64,000 nt of DNA from assembly GCF_009914755.1 (NCBI RefSeq), contig NC_060935.1; one strand, 5' to 3'. Position 1 is the first letter of the stretch, and each line of letters starts with the position of its first letter. This document shows, in pieces, positions 13,836 through 28,017 of the stretch. The notes beneath the pieces were generated by a model. It saw nothing but the letters and a program-made list of their open reading frames with translations. It did not search any database and was not told the DNA's origin. Source of the DNA: the human T2T-CHM13v2.0 reference genome, Homo sapiens. Made by a program: the position numbers and the translations under genes.

Positions 13836-14560
13836 TAAATTTAGGAATTTCCTTAAACTTTAGTGAATATGATAAGAATTATATGGCTCCTTTAAGAGTA
13901 TTTCAGTCAACAGTAATTTCAAACAGTTTTAGATTAAAATTGCAATTTATAAAGTCAGTTTATGATTTACAACATCAACCCCAACAAAATAATAATAAAC
14001 TTCAGTTTCTAATGAAATAAAGAGGATCAGAGAAATTGTGTCCATTTCTTAACCAAGGATAATTTTTCAGTTGGTTAGCAATATCAATGATGTTATTTTT
14101 ATTCTAGGAAGGGAAATAGGGTTGATTTGTTATCACTGGTTAAGACCATCTTTTGTGCACTTAACCTTGAGTCCAAATATAATATTCTCATGGAAAATAA
14201 AAAGGATTGCCCATGGAATAGTCTTCTTCAACATAGCTTGGTATTTTAACAATTGGGTGTATGGTCTGTAGTACCTTAGCTTAATTATGTTAATGATAGT
14301 TATTTCATAGCATTTTAGTGAAATCCCAGGACAGCAACCCATCCTAAGTATAATAATAAACAATAACATACATCAATCTTCAACAAAATACACATAAATG
14401 TCACCTTTCTTCATCAAATGTGACCCAAAAACTACTACGCTTGAAAGCCAAAGGGCTTTTGAGATATTTCAATTATCTTCAAGAAATCAATCTTACATGA
14501 AACTGAAGGAAAATATCGAATGTCATTGAGCAATAAAGCTCAGTTCTGTCAGTACCCTAC

Positions 14561-14718
14561 CTCTGAGCAGAAGCCTTAGGATGTTTCTCTTCCAGTTTCC
14601 TCACCAGTGCTACTGTCAGCTCCCCCGTCTCCTCAAGAGAACCTTCTGGCATTAAATGGGTGTCTGAGGGTTCTGGCAGTTGCTTCAGACCAAGGTTGCT
14701 GGCACTTTCTTGCAGAAC
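14561..14718 (-). CDS. DCDC1: DCDC1 exon I (158 nt, phase 0-2): VLQESASNLGLKQLPEPSDTHLMPEGSLEETGELTVALVRKLEEKHPKASAQ(R)
   Basis: Acceptor catttattAG|GTT and donor AG|GTAGGG. Open frame. No further exon found below 14561, so the next one is probably outside the window. Confidence 0.92.
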
Positions 14719-15110
14719 CTAATAAATGAAATATAGGAATCATGTAGCTAATTTTCATTGAATGGAAATATCTAAACTATACATGCCAAAAATATAACAC
14801 TGCAGTTTTCATGGTGCCTTCAGTGTTTCTACAACACATAAGTCCTTTGTACGTGGCCAAAAGAAAAGAAGGCAATCCTAAGAAAAAAAGGGTATCACAT
14901 CTGTTTAATAAAATGTTTATATAAAGTTATATGTTTACATAAATATAAATGTGCATATAGATATTATATTATGTGTATTATTTTAAACTATCCATAACAT
15001 TAAGTTGTGAATTTGTGCTTGCCTCCTGAAAACAACTTGAACATTTTTTCTTTTTTCAAAATATATTTTAGAGAGCTATTTCTGTCTTGCCTCTGGCTCC
15101 CTACACTGAC

Positions 15111-15245
15111 CTCTTCTGCTAAGTTTCTGCCATGTTCCTGATGAGCTGTGGTCCAGGCACCATGGTGAATGTGATACTCTGTCTGGGTCACATCTACTTG
15201 TGCATTTAGCTCCTCTAGGTAGGTCAGAACAAACTGAGGATAAGC
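15111..15245 (-). CDS. DCDC1: DCDC1 exon H (135 nt, phase 0-0): AYPQFVLTYLEELNAQVDVTQTEYHIHHGAWTTAHQEHGRNLAEE
   Basis: Acceptor tttcctttcttacAG|GCT and donor GAG|GTCAGT. Lies within ORF 15000..15269. Confidence 0.93.
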
Positions 15246-16369
15246 CTGTAAGAAAGGAAAAAATAACAAGTAGTATCACCCTTATAAACAATAGCCAAAA
15301 ATCCATCCAACTGGAAAGAGAGGAGGATAAATTACATTAATAGTAAAAAGGTCTGGCTAATAAACTTTGTACTTTATTATCAATTTCATAACAGAATCAA
15401 GCCAAATGACTTTAATATTAACGTTTCTAATTAGTTGTTTAATCTGATTAAGTTTCACTACATAGCTCATTTTCACCCTTAGATAAGATTAAAACAGTAA
15501 AACAATCTTATACATTAATAATAATAGCTAAATTTATTGAGTTATTTCTAGATACAAGGTATTATTGTATACACAACACATGTATGTAATTGTGTAGTTG
15601 CTGTATTGTTTGGAAGTATTCAATTCTGCTCTAGAAGATAAGAAAACAAATTGAATGAATGAAAGAGCTGCATTAAGCATAGATAAGATAGTAACCTGAG
15701 AAGTGTCAGACACAAGGTAGAGCATATGTCTATGAACATAGAAAGGGCTAGAAAGACAAAATAGATATTTAATATTCATGAATCACTAAATAACAAACAA
15801 AGCAAAAAATATTAATGATATACTAAATACAAATGAAGCACATGAGGCACACGAAAATCATGAGGTCTTTAATTAGCCACCCATTGTTGACTCTCATTTG
15901 GGATCTTCTGAAGGATAAAATCTGTCACTGCTCATCAGGCTAACTGGGGAGCACAGCTACTGGTCAAGTGACTCACACACAGCCCTCACGGAACAAGTGT
16001 GTGTCATTGTCCCACGCATCTTTTATTTGTTGGGCTCCCCGGTCAAGTTTTCATTCTGGTTCTTGTAACTACACCAGCAGCAGGAAAGAGTAATGTAGCA
16101 TAAAGGGGGGGATATATAAATACTGCAGACCAGATTCAGGCTAATATGACCCTTCAACCCACTCGTGTAATATTTCAGTTATGTTAATCCGGCCCATCTC
16201 TCTTTCCTTACATTTTGTTTTATGTTTTAAATTGATTTAATAAGTCATGATGTGAAAATTTTAATTTGTTTTGTGCACTTTTGTGTACCATGGGCTCTAG
16301 CCTAGCTTACCAAGTAATACACTTGGAGGCTACCCTTACATGGAAGTAATTTCCCACATAACAATAAAT

Positions 16370-16490
16370 TTGCATTTTAATCCTTGCAACAGCACTTTGC
16401 AATGGGTACTATTATTGTGCTCATTTTAAAGATGAGGAAGCAGACACAGGGAAGTTAAGCAACATGCTTCAGTGTCATCCAGCTTGATTA
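16370..16490 (-). mobile_element. MIR fragment
   Basis: cattttaaagatgaggaagcagacacagggaagttaag matches the reverse MIR core. Confidence 0.7.
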
Positions 16491-16714
16491 ATAGTCTGTC
16501 AAGCCTAAATATGCTGCCTCAATTATAATATAAACTCCTTACTGCACTTTTTAAAGTGTGGAGCTAAAATTCTAAAAAACAAAAATTATGAGGGAGTGTT
16601 GAGTAGAGAAACGGCACTAAGGTACTTACATTGTTCTGGAAAAATAGATACTAAATAACTTTTAACTTTGTTAGAAGATGTAATGTAAATATGTATGTTT
16701 AAAATGTGAGGCAC

Positions 16715-17135
16715 TCCAAAACCTTAAATGCATATTACTAAACATAAGAGTCGATCTGAAAAGGCTACAACTCTGGAGACAGCAAAAAGATCAGTGGTTG
16801 CCAGTGAGGACAGAAGACGTGCAGCACAGAGGGTTTTTAGGGCTGTTAAACTATTCTGTATAATACTATAATGGTGGATATATGTCATTATACATTAGTT
16901 CAAACCCATAGAATGTGCACCACCAAAAGTGAGCCTTAATGTAACCTGTAGACTTTGGTAATGATGTGTCAGTGTAGGTTCACCAGTTATAACAAATGTA
17001 CCACTCTGGTGTGAGATGAAGATACTAGGGGAGGGTGTACATTTGTGAGGGTAAGGGATATATGGGAACTGCCTTACTTTATGCTTAATTTTGCTGTGAA
17101 TCTAAAAGTGCTCTAAAAAGTAAAGTCTATTATTT
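16715..17135 (+). mobile_element. L1MC1/2-like 3' end
   Basis: aaagatcagtggttgccag...aacccatagaatgt...aacaaatgtaccactctggtg...gctctaaaaagtaaagtctatt. Confidence 0.75.
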
Positions 17136-17149
17136 TAAGGTAAGGGGCT

Positions 17150-18130
17150 CCACCAAAAGCACAAGTGACAAAAGAAAAATAAATTGTACTACATCAAAAT
17201 TTTTAAAAAATTGTGTTGCAAACAATGCCATGAAGAAAGTAAAAAAACAACCTACAGAATGAGACAAAATATTTTCAGATTATAGGTCTGATAAGGGATG
17301 TGTATCTGGAATATATAAAGAACTCTTATACTCACTAATGAAAAGACAAATAACCCGATGAAAATACAAGAAAAGGATCTAGTAGACATTTCTCCAAAGA
17401 AGATAAACCATTTGCTAAGAAAAGATATTCAACATCACTAGTGATCAGAAAAATACAAATCAAAACCTCAGTAAGGTAATACTTTTTACCCACTAGGATG
17501 ACAAAGAAAAACAAAATCAAAATGACAGAGAATAACAAGAGTTGGCAAGAATGTGAAGGGGAAACAGCTTGGCTAGTCCTCAAAATGTTAAATGTGGACT
17601 TTTCATACGGCCCAGCAATTCCACTCCTAGTTATATACCTATGAAAAATGAAAACATACATACACACAAAAACTTCCATACCAATATTCATAGCAACATT
17701 ATTCATAGTAGCCAAAATAGTGGAAAGAAATAAAATGCCATTAACTGATAAATGTATTAAAAAGGTGATGTTTCCATACAATGGAATATTATTTGGCAAC
17801 AAAAAGAAATGAATTACTAAAGCATGCTACAACCTGAATTAACTCAGAAAACATTATGCTAAGTGAAAAAAATCAATCACAGTAGGCCACATATTATATG
17901 AGTCCATTTATATGAAATGTCCAGAATGGGCAAATCTATAAAGGCTGGGGAGGCGGGCAGACAGAGGCAGAGGAATAGATGTCAAGTCCAAGATGTCTTT
18001 TAGGGAGAACGAAAATGTTTTAAAATTAGATTGTGGTGACGGATGCAAAAATCGTGAATATACTGAAAAACATTAAACACCTAAAAATAGGTGAATTATA
18101 TGTTATGTGAATTATATTCAAGAAATCTAT
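17150..18130 (+). mobile_element. Old L1M (L1MB/ME-like) ORF2 3' part and 3'UTR
   Basis: cccagcaattccactcctag; cattattcatagtagccaaa; tatatgaaatgtccagaatgggcaaatct; tatgtgaattata terminus. Confidence 0.75.
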
Positions 18131-18947
18131 TTTAATGTAAGAAATTTTTCAATTAAAACAGTATATAAAGTATAGCTTTAAACCAGCAAAGAAAAAGAAG
18201 AGAAAAGGGATCCAGAAAATGTCAAGAAGAGATTATTTTATGCAAATTAAAAGCATAATAAAACAAATCTTTGTTGAATTAATCAATGAGTGTATTAACT
18301 ATGTAATTATTTTTCTTTTTATGTCCTGACATATATTAGTTGTACATATTTTGGGGGCACATGCTGTTATTTTGATACCTGTATACAATGTATAATGATC
18401 AAATCAGTGTAATTGGAATATCTATCACCATGAGCATTAAATGTGTAAAATTTTAGATGTGTACTCCCTTTGACTTAACAAACATATACATATTACAAAG
18501 ATGTCCATTGCAGCATTGCTCATATTTGCCTAAATGTGCATCACCAGGAAAATTTTAAAAGATAGCATAGATGTGGATGTCAGTATGAAAAGATGGCCAC
18601 AAATACATCTTATCAAGTGGGAAAAAGTATATCACAAAGTAATATGTATAGTTTTGTGTGGGTGTGGGTATGTGTCTCTAATCAAGAATGATACACTATC
18701 AATAATAATATTGGAGGAATAGGTTCAAGAGGTACTTTTGCTTATCATTTTATTCAGTTCTGAATTATTGAAAATTTTTTTCAAAACTAACATGTATCCC
18801 TTTTATTATTTAAATGAGAATCATTTTATACATGCAAATATATGCATAATAATTTTTGGGAATATACAAAAAGCATGCTATTAGTGAATAACTCTGGGAA
18901 ATGGGAATAAAGTTTGAGAGGAAGAGACTTTACTTCTCATTAATGTA

Positions 18948-19242
<295 letters not shown>

Positions 19243-19945
19243 CATTAATGTATTTTTTCTAATATTAATTTTTATCGCATATTATAAAAATTAATACTTT
19301 AAAGAAATTGAAAATAGTGATATTATTGCACACACTATTCAGATAATTTTGGAACGAGATTTTTGAATCACTAAGCTAATCCAAAACATTAGCAAAAAGA
19401 AGTTTAATCCAAAAAAAATTAGGATTTTCATTTTACCTTTAATCTTATTCATCTTTATTGCATTATGTTACTTTTTGTTTTCTTATGTCAGTTCTTATTG
19501 TCTTAGGTACATTCAAGACAATTCAACTGAAAAGAATGTGATGGGTAATGGAGAAGCAGATTATTTCATATTGGTTCTGCTAAAAACATCAAAGCCCAAA
19601 TTCAGCAACAAAAGACCACTGTGTTTTCAATATGAGAGAAAACAATACCAAATATGTTCCACAGTATCAGAACATTAAAAGAATCGACTTCTAAAAAGCA
19701 AGACAAACAGTAGAAAACAAACAGTAGACACATTCCAAGACCATAAGTAACAGCAGCATGGCTCAAATTCTGGCAACTGTAAATCCCTTATATTGTTATG
19801 GTAGCTTCATGTTATAGTAGCTTCATCCTCTAATAGAAATAAAGACATTTTATGTAAGTTCATTTCTGAGGTACATTCCCCTAATACTAGAAAGAAGATG
19901 TACATGGAATATGGGAAACTTCAATATATAATATATCCAGTGAAA

Positions 19946-21774
19946 TGGAAGAGGAAGTGCCCAAAAGGTAGGGCCATGATGTGGCTGAACATTCTGCTAG
20001 ACACTGCAGAAGCAAAGACCAAAAGTACAACAATGACAAAAATGCAGTAATGGGCTTTGCTTCCTGGAGTTGAAAGTTTGGCAAAGGTGGCAGACATATA
20101 TAAATAACACAAAGTGACCAGAGCTATTATTCATCCTCCCATCATGCATTTGGAGACATTTACAAATTGTCCTGGAATTTTCCCTTTGGAGTCATCCTAA
20201 ACCATTCCTTTCCCAGGTAATATCCAGTCTAATACTTTAATACCACAGTTATTCAGTGTTATCTACTCTAAGACCAGGTGATCTTGACCTCCAATGAGGC
20301 ACCCACAGGTTCAGTCATCAGACCACCAATACAGACAATTCCTTCCTCCAAAATCGGAAACTCAAATTTTTCTTCTAGAAAGTCAAAAACCTAATCTTTC
20401 AACTTTTTCTCCTTTCAACTTTTCTTCCCTTCAACTTCACCAGTGCATCACCCTAAACGGACCTCTAATATCTTAAGCCCTCATTATTTTCCAAGTCTAT
20501 CAGCTCTTTGGCTAATAATGCATTCTTCACATTCTAACCTATTTTTTACCACCAGAAGATAAATTTTAACAAAGCCCATCTCTAATCACATAATTCCCAT
20601 TTCAACAACTTCAAATAGCACATACTGGTTAACAACCTACAGTCCTATCCTGGTTTTAAATTCCAGCTATGCTATTTACTGGCTTTGTGACCTTGGGTAA
20701 GTTCAACTTCCATAACAGAGAAGTTTTCCCACTAAAGATTGAGTAAGAACATGATCGGAATTTCACATTTACCAAATTCACTCTCAGGATGCAACTGTAA
20801 CTCTCTGTTGCTAAACAGAACCCCATCCATTTATGAGATTTTTTCCCATAAATGGAGGAGATGGATCATCTCCATCACTCCCAAGGGGTTCCCTTCATGT
20901 CTGTTAGAAAGGCTATGTTTCACCTAACTTTGGACCTCCACAGGAGTGCTTATGTCCTCAAGGGAAGTATGGCAGGCAAGTCTGCAGAATTTCACCTGGA
21001 ATTTTAAACTCCAGATACTCTACCTACTCTTGGTCAATACAATGATCAGGCATGTTTTTGAAGAGGGTCTCTTTTTTCTTATTATTATACATGCTTTTTA
21101 TAGAAACTTAGAAAATGTAGTAAAAACCGAAGAAAATAATTATCCATACTTCCACCACCCATTTCACATATAAACTTCCAGTTTTGTCTCTATACATGTT
21201 TATGTACAACGTAAATAAATGTAATAAATAAAATATTGTTTTCTTACCCGATTTTTCTCAATTAACAACATTACAATTTTTCTTAATCATCATAAATTAT
21301 TCTCCATTATTTGTGATGCCAACATTTGGTATTCATAATAAAGACATGCCACAATATATTCATACAATCTCATTGTTGATTTCTTAACCTGTTTTCAATA
21401 TTCACCATTCTAAGTAGTACTATAATGGACATCCTTAAAGATACATTTTGGTGCAAACTATTGATTAATTTCTTGGGGTAAGTTGCTGTAAGTGAAATTT
21501 CTGAGTCATAAGGAATATGCATTTTTTAAGGATTTTGATAAATGTTGTCAAACTGACCTGCAGGAATATTGTGCCACTCTCTTTGATGGTCCCCAAAGTT
21601 CCCTGCTTCCTTGTATTCATACCTTTGTGTAGCCCCTCCCATACTGTCAACTCCAGGAAGCAAAGCCCATTACTGCATTTTTGTCGTTGTTATATTTGTG
21701 GTCTTTGCTTCTGTAATGGGTAGCAGAGTATTCAGTCACATCATGGCCCTACCTTTTGGGCACTTCCTCTTCCA
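19946..21774. repeat. Inverted duplication: 19946-20081 vs 21639-21774 (136 bp, 13 mismatches, no indels)
   Basis: Aligned by hand. Also visible as near-identical peptides STPGSKAHYCIF...FSHIMALPFGHFLFH in ORFs 19921..20112(-) and 21611..21826(+). Confidence 0.95.
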
Positions 21775-22166
21775 CTATGTCATCCAAAGAATTTGGCAGA
21801 AGTGGTGGATGCCACTTCCGAGATGAGGTTATAAGGGGCACTTCAGCTTCTGTTTTGCTCTTTTGTTCTCTCTCACTCTTTTGTCTAGCTCATGTTGTGC
21901 AGGCCCACATGGCAAAGGAACTAATGCCTCTGGGCTACAGCAAGTAAGTATGCTTAGAGTTAGATCTTCCAGCCTTGGTCAAGCCTCAGATGTTTGCAAC
22001 CTGAGTTAGTCTCACAAGTAACTTTGAGTTAGAACTACCCAAGTAAGTCACTCCAGGTTCCTGGCCTACCAAAACTATGAAATAATAAGTATTTGCTGTT
22101 TTAAGTTACTATGCTTTGAAGTAATTTGTTACACAATTAAAAAATAAAGCAATAGATAACTGATAC
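21570..22166 (+). mobile_element. MLT1-family (ERVL-MaLR) solo LTR inserted in an old minus-strand L1ME fragment (~21070-22720)
   Basis: TG start; gtattcatacctttgtgtagcccctccc; ggcagaagtg...cacttccgagatgaggttata; end ttgctgttttaag...gcaatagataactgataCA. Confidence 0.78.
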
Positions 22167-22585
22167 ATAAAATGAGTGTGTTAGTTTTCTTTTATCTTTA
22201 TCAGCATTGTATATTCCTAGTTTTACATCTTCCTAATGTTAAAGGGAAGAAAATACCATCTCATTGTTTTACAGTTATTTTATATCTAGTGAGGCTGAAA
22301 TTTTTATTTAGTTTGGCTCTTGTAATTTTTCTCCTGTCATGTATTTCCTTTTAATGTCCTTTGCCCATTTTTGTATTGAAGTGCATATCGTTTTCTATGC
22401 CTATATAAGGTTTATTATATATTGAGTATTATCGCATTCTCTGATGTTTATGTTGCAAAGATTTTCCCCATTTTTCATATTCTCCTATTTATTTTTGCTT
22501 AATTATTTTAGATTTAGGAGTTTTTACATTTTTATATACTCAAGTCATTAGTTTTTCCCTGTATGGATTCTCCCTTTGTTTGCAC

Positions 22586-22627
22586 ACTTATGAAGATGTA
22601 CTTATGAAGATGTACTTATGAAGATGT
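22586..22627. repeat. Perfect 14-bp tandem repeat acttatgaagatgt x3
   Basis: Direct reading of the sequence. Confidence 0.95.
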
Positions 22628-22879
22628 CTACTCACTATTACACTGGATTAGATGTTTAATCCATATTTTCTTCTGTTTTATGGTTCCACGTTTAAATCTT
22701 TAATTTAGCTGAAACTATGAATTGTATGAAGGAGGTGATATAATTTTACTAACTTTTTGTAAAGGAATAGAGGAATAGTTAACTTTAAAAACAAATAAGA
22801 CAAAAGACTTATCCAAGTAAAAACAATACAACAAAATGCAATAAATGTATTTAAGCTTGTTCATTATTATTATCATTAT

Positions 22880-23060
22880 TAGCTACAAATTATCAATTTG
22901 CTGTTAAAGGCCAGGATCTGTGCCAAATACTTAAAATTCTAGTATTAATAGCTCCATTTTCCAGAGATAGAATTTGAAGCTTAAAAAGGTTAAATGACTT
23001 GTCTAAGGCCACACAGCTAATAAGTGTTGGAGCCAAGATTAGTTATTAATATCCTAAAGC
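22880..23060 (-). mobile_element. MIR fragment
   Basis: aggttaaatgacttgtctaaggccacacagctaataagtg. Confidence 0.7.
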
Positions 23061-24069
23061 AGCAATTCTGCCTTTTTAAAAAATAAATAACATGAGCTCC
23101 ATTTATGATCCAGCTGCAAATAATTATCAAATTATCCTCCATTTTATCCTTAACTAGATGGAAATAGTTTTGAATATGACTAAATTTAGAGCTAATCAAA
23201 ATTTCTAAACCTCTAAAAGAATGAAATGCCTCATTAATAAATAGTTTTGCTTTGGGAATTTAGAGTAGCTATTGTAAAAATATCAGTGATTGTGTTTGGG
23301 AATTAAGTTTTAGAAACAAAACCTTGAAAATAATTTGTGTTTGAAGCATAAAAGTATGCATCATTTGATAATCAGCGATAATATTGTTAGGAACAATTTA
23401 AAAATTGTAAAATGAGACAAAAAGAAAGGTAAAATGAGTAGCTGAGCAGCAGTGGATATGAAGGCACCTAAATTTGGGGAAAAAAAATGAGAAAGTACAC
23501 TTAAAACTTGATTCTGCTTTTCTATGTCTGTTGACGGAAAGAGTGAGATTTAGATAAGATGGAATTATGTTCTTGGGTAATATGAGTCAACTGTGTTCAG
23601 GTATGTTTCATAATTATGTGCAGGCACAAGCCAAACAGCTGGAGAGAGATTTTGGTATTGTCTAAAAATTCTACTTTTTATTTTTACCAAGAAGTACAAG
23701 ACTCCTTCTTCATCTACCTAGAGCCTCACTCTGGCTCAGGAATATGGTAAAGATTATAAATGGCATGAGGGATGAATAAAAGGAAAGTTGGAGTGAAATC
23801 TTGAGCAAAGTAAGGAAAGGTAATTCTTAAAAAGCTTTGACATTTCATTGATGTGTCAAATTCCCTTCTATGAACAGAACTAAAGGTGAATAGTTTGGGC
23901 TGGGTTAATAAATGGGGTGAAATTTTAGCTGGTGTACCAACAAATAACTATTCAGGGAAGGAAATGTTATTATAACACATTTTTATATTTAAATTGTATC
24001 AAACTCTAAATTTCTAAAATGATGCAAGTTGTGACGTAATTCTAGAACAGTAGAAAAATAAAATTACCA

Positions 24070-24415
24070 TGCTTATCAGTCAGGGTCCAGTAAGGAGATA
24101 CAAACCACATAGTAATCAAATAGGGAAAGTTGAACATAAACAATTAGTAACAGGGGATTGGAGTGGCTAGTAACAGTTAAAGAGAACACTAAAGAATATA
24201 AGAATGGCAGGTATAGGGGAAATGGAAGGTATAGAAAGATGCCTGACTCATGGCTCAGATCCAGTTCACATCAGAGAGGGCACAGCCATGTCTCACTGGA
24301 CATCGAAGAAGTCACTGAGGGGTGGCACCAGTAGTATTCACTGTAAACTGACTTTGGAGTTACGGGAAGCTGTCCATAGGGAGGTGCTTAGCTGGTAACC
24401 CTCCACACAAAAGTC
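24070..24415. mobile_element. Old ERVL-type LTR fragment (LTR33-like; subfamily uncertain)
   Basis: tcagtcagggtccagtaaggagatacaaaccacatagtaat resembles a recalled ERVL LTR terminus. Confidence 0.45.
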
Positions 24416-25922
24416 ATTTGCTATGGTCTGAATGTGTCCCCCAAAATTCACATGTTGAAACTTAATTGCCAATGTGATAGTATTAAGAGGTAGGGCCTTT
24501 ATGAGTTGATTGAGTCATATGGCAGAGCTCTCATGGACAGAATTAGGGCCTTTATAGAAAGGCTCAAGGGAGTTTGTTCAATCCTTTCTGTCCCTTCTAC
24601 CATGTGAGAATACGGCATTTGTCCCCTCCAGAGGATGTAGCAACAAGGCAGACAGCAGCCCTCACCAGACACCAAACTTATTGGCATTTTGGTCTTAGAC
24701 TCCCCAGCCCTCAGAAGTATGAGAAATAAATTTCTATTGTTTATAAATGACCCAGTCTGTGGTATTTTGTTACAGCAGCACAAATGAGACAAATTGGTAC
24801 CCAGAAGTAGGGTGTTGTTATAACAAATGCTTAAAAATGTGGAAGTAGCTTTGGAACCGGGTAATGAACAGAGGCTGTGAGAGTTTGAAAAAGCAGGATA
24901 GACAAAGCCTATATTACCATGAATGGATCATAAAGGGTGACTCTGGTGATGTCTCTGAAGTGAAGAGCTGTAGACAGAGCCTAAATTTTTTTTATAATTA
25001 CTATTATTTGTATACATTTAAGAAGCACAAGTGCAATTTTGTTACATGGCTATATTACATAGTGGTGGAGTCTGGGCTTTTAGTGCATCCATCACTTGAA
25101 TGATATATATTGCATCCATTAAGTAATTTCTCATTATCCATCCTCTCACCCTTCTGAGTCTCCAATATCTATCATTCTACACTCTATGTCCATGTGTACA
25201 CATTATTTAGCTTCCACCTATAAGTGAGAACATATGGGTTTTGTCTTTCTTTTTCTGAGTTGTATCACTTAATGGTCTCTGTCAGTTGCATCCATGTTGC
25301 AGCAAAATATATTATTTCATTCTTTTTAACAGCTGAATAATATTCCACTGTATATATACCACATTTTCTTGTCTATTTGTTCACTGATAGAACTTTAGGT
25401 TGATTCCCTATCTTTGCTATTGTGAATAGTACTATGATAAACATATGAGTGCATGTACCTTTTTGATATAATGATTTCTTTTCCTTTGGGTAGATATCCA
25501 GTAGTGGGATTGCCGGATGAAATGGTAGTTCTATCTTAAGTTCTCTGAGAAATCTCCATATTGCTTTCTATACAGGTTGCACTATAATAATTTACATTTC
25601 CACCAAGAATGTATAAGTGATCCCTTTTCTTTGCATCCTAGTCAATATCTGTTATTTTTGTCTTCTTCATAACAGCCATTCTAACTAGTGTAACAAGTAT
25701 CTTGTTTTAATTTTGCAGTTCTCTGATGATTAGTGATGTTAAGCATTTTTTATACCCTTGTTGGCCATTTGTATGTCTTCTTTTGAAAAATGTCTATCAC
25801 GTCCTTCGCCCACTTTTTAATGGAGTTATCTGTTTTGGCTTATGCTGCTGCTGAGTTCCTTGTAAATTCTAGACATTAGCCCCCTGTGGGGGACTCTCAA
25901 AGTGCTCAGATTACAGGTGTGA

Positions 25923-26250
<328 letters not shown>

Positions 26251-26429
26251 TCATTCATTCTTTTTTATTCTTTTTTTTCTTTAGTTTTGTTTGACTGGAT
26301 TAATTCCAAAGACCTGTGTTCAAGTTCTGAGATTCTTTCTTCTTCTTGATCTAGTCTATTGTTGAAGCTCTCAAATGCATTTTATAATTCTTTCAATGAA
26401 AATTTTATTTCCAGTTGTTCTGTTTACTT

Positions 26430-26734
26430 AATTTAATTTAATTTAATTTTTATTTTTTGAGGCAAGATCTCACTTTGTCACCCAGGCTGGAGCGCAGTGG
26501 CATGAACACAGCTCACTGCAGCCTTGACCTCCTGGACTCAAGCAATCCTCCCACCTCAGCCTTCTGAGTAGCTGGGATCACAGGCATGCACCATCAGGAC
26601 TGGTTAATTTTTAAATTTTGTAGAGCTGGGATCTTGCCATGTTGCCCATGCTGGCCTCAAACTCCTGGGCTCAAGCAATCCTGCCTTGGCTTCCCAGAGT
26701 GCTAGAATTACAGGTATGAGTCACCATGCCCAAC
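26430..26734 (-). mobile_element. AluJ
   Basis: J diagnostics (gctcactgcagccttgacctcctg, ctcaagcaatcctccc, ctcctgggctcaagc). Confidence 0.9.
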
Positions 26735-27319
26735 TGCTGTTTGTTTGGAGATACAGATGTCCTTGATAAATTTCTCATTAATCCTGGATTTATGTTTGGA
26801 TTTCTGTATTGGTTTTCAGATCCTCTTATTGGTGTCCGTGTCTAGGAAAATGGGTGATATACTTTCCAGTGTCATTCTTTCTCACACAGTGTCCCAGTGT
26901 GAGATCCAGGGCTTGGGAGGCTCAAGGTGCTCTTCTGTGTCCTGGATTCCCCAGGAGGAGGTAGATCACAGAGGAACTCACTCTCCCTCTCCCATATTGG
27001 GTATTCACTTGCCATTTTCAGCTAGACCCCACCAAGCAGGCTGCCTGACCACCTTCTGTTTCCCAGCATCTACGTTTTCTTTTGCTTGTCTGTTGAGCTT
27101 GTTTTCCTTCTTGGATAAAACTTCACAGTGTGAATCTCTACACACTGGTTTGCTTCTTCCAGGTGGCTGAGGAATGCTGGAGAATCCTCTCGTCTGCCAC
27201 CTTGGGAAACTCTAAAGCTTCTTAGAGATTACTCAAGTGGTTGGGATGAGAACATTAGTAGAAATATAGACAGTAAAGCCCATTCTGTTGAAGTCTTAGA
27301 AATGAGAAACAGACCTTGA

Positions 27320-27420
27320 CTTGTTTCTGTAAATAAAGTTTTATTGAAATGTAGACACATCCATCCATTAACATATTATCCAGTGTGTGGGTCTTTAGAA
27401 AAACATTTGCCAACCCTGCC
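27320..27420. mobile_element. MER58A-like hAT-Charlie fragment
   Basis: tgtaaataaagttttattgaaa...tttagaaaaacatttgccaaccctg. Confidence 0.65.
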
Positions 27421-27956
27421 ATATAGTATTCCAATGAATACACAGTGTCTAATACAATGTATTTATCCCTTCTACTGCTGACATCCATTTGAGTAATCAT
27501 AACTCTGAAGCTACTAGAATTAGTATTGCTATTAACATTTTATTAATTTATTGTTTCCTTAATATATGTAAGCATATGACCATTTGTTGGCATATGACTA
27601 GTAGGGGAATTGCTGGGTTGTCTAGACATGTTCAACAGTAGTAGATACTGATAGTTTCCCAAAGTACCAAATTCTTCATTTCAATGTAGAAGAAAACTGA
27701 TGCCCTAAAATGCTGGGTAATATTATAGCAATGAATTAGGAAAAATTATTTTTGACTTTAGAAAATGTGTTTTAAAATTAAAAAAAAAAGTTAAAGGAAA
27801 GTATTGAGTTAAGTTAAATTCTAAATTTCTAGGTACAGAGTGAAGTCATATATGCAGAAAAAGCATTTCTTGCTCTAAACAATAGATAGTACCCTTTATA
27901 AGAATCTGGGAATAGAAAAACTTAGGCATAAAAGCTGTGGATTATAAAGTCCTTAC

Positions 27957-28017
27957 CTTTGAATAAATGCAACCATCAGTTCCAAACACCCACTTCTGAG
28001 AGTCATCTCCACTATGT
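27957..28017 (-). CDS. DCDC1: DCDC1 exon G (61 nt, phase 2-0): (R)HSGDDSQKWVFGTDGCIYSK; ricin-B-lectin-like QxW motif
   Basis: Acceptor tttcgttacAG|A and donor AAG|GTAAGG. QKW motif. Lies at the end of ORF 27942..28262. Confidence 0.92.

Noticed and set aside
15000-15110. Read-through of exon H to the stop at 15000 as an alternative last exon
   Set aside because: The GTCAGT donor and in-phase exon I 392 nt away explain the locus; there is no sequence evidence for termination here.
19263-19296. 13-bp AT-only stem-loop tattaatttttat / ataaaaattaata
   Set aside because: Low-complexity AT sequence of weak stability; plausible by chance.
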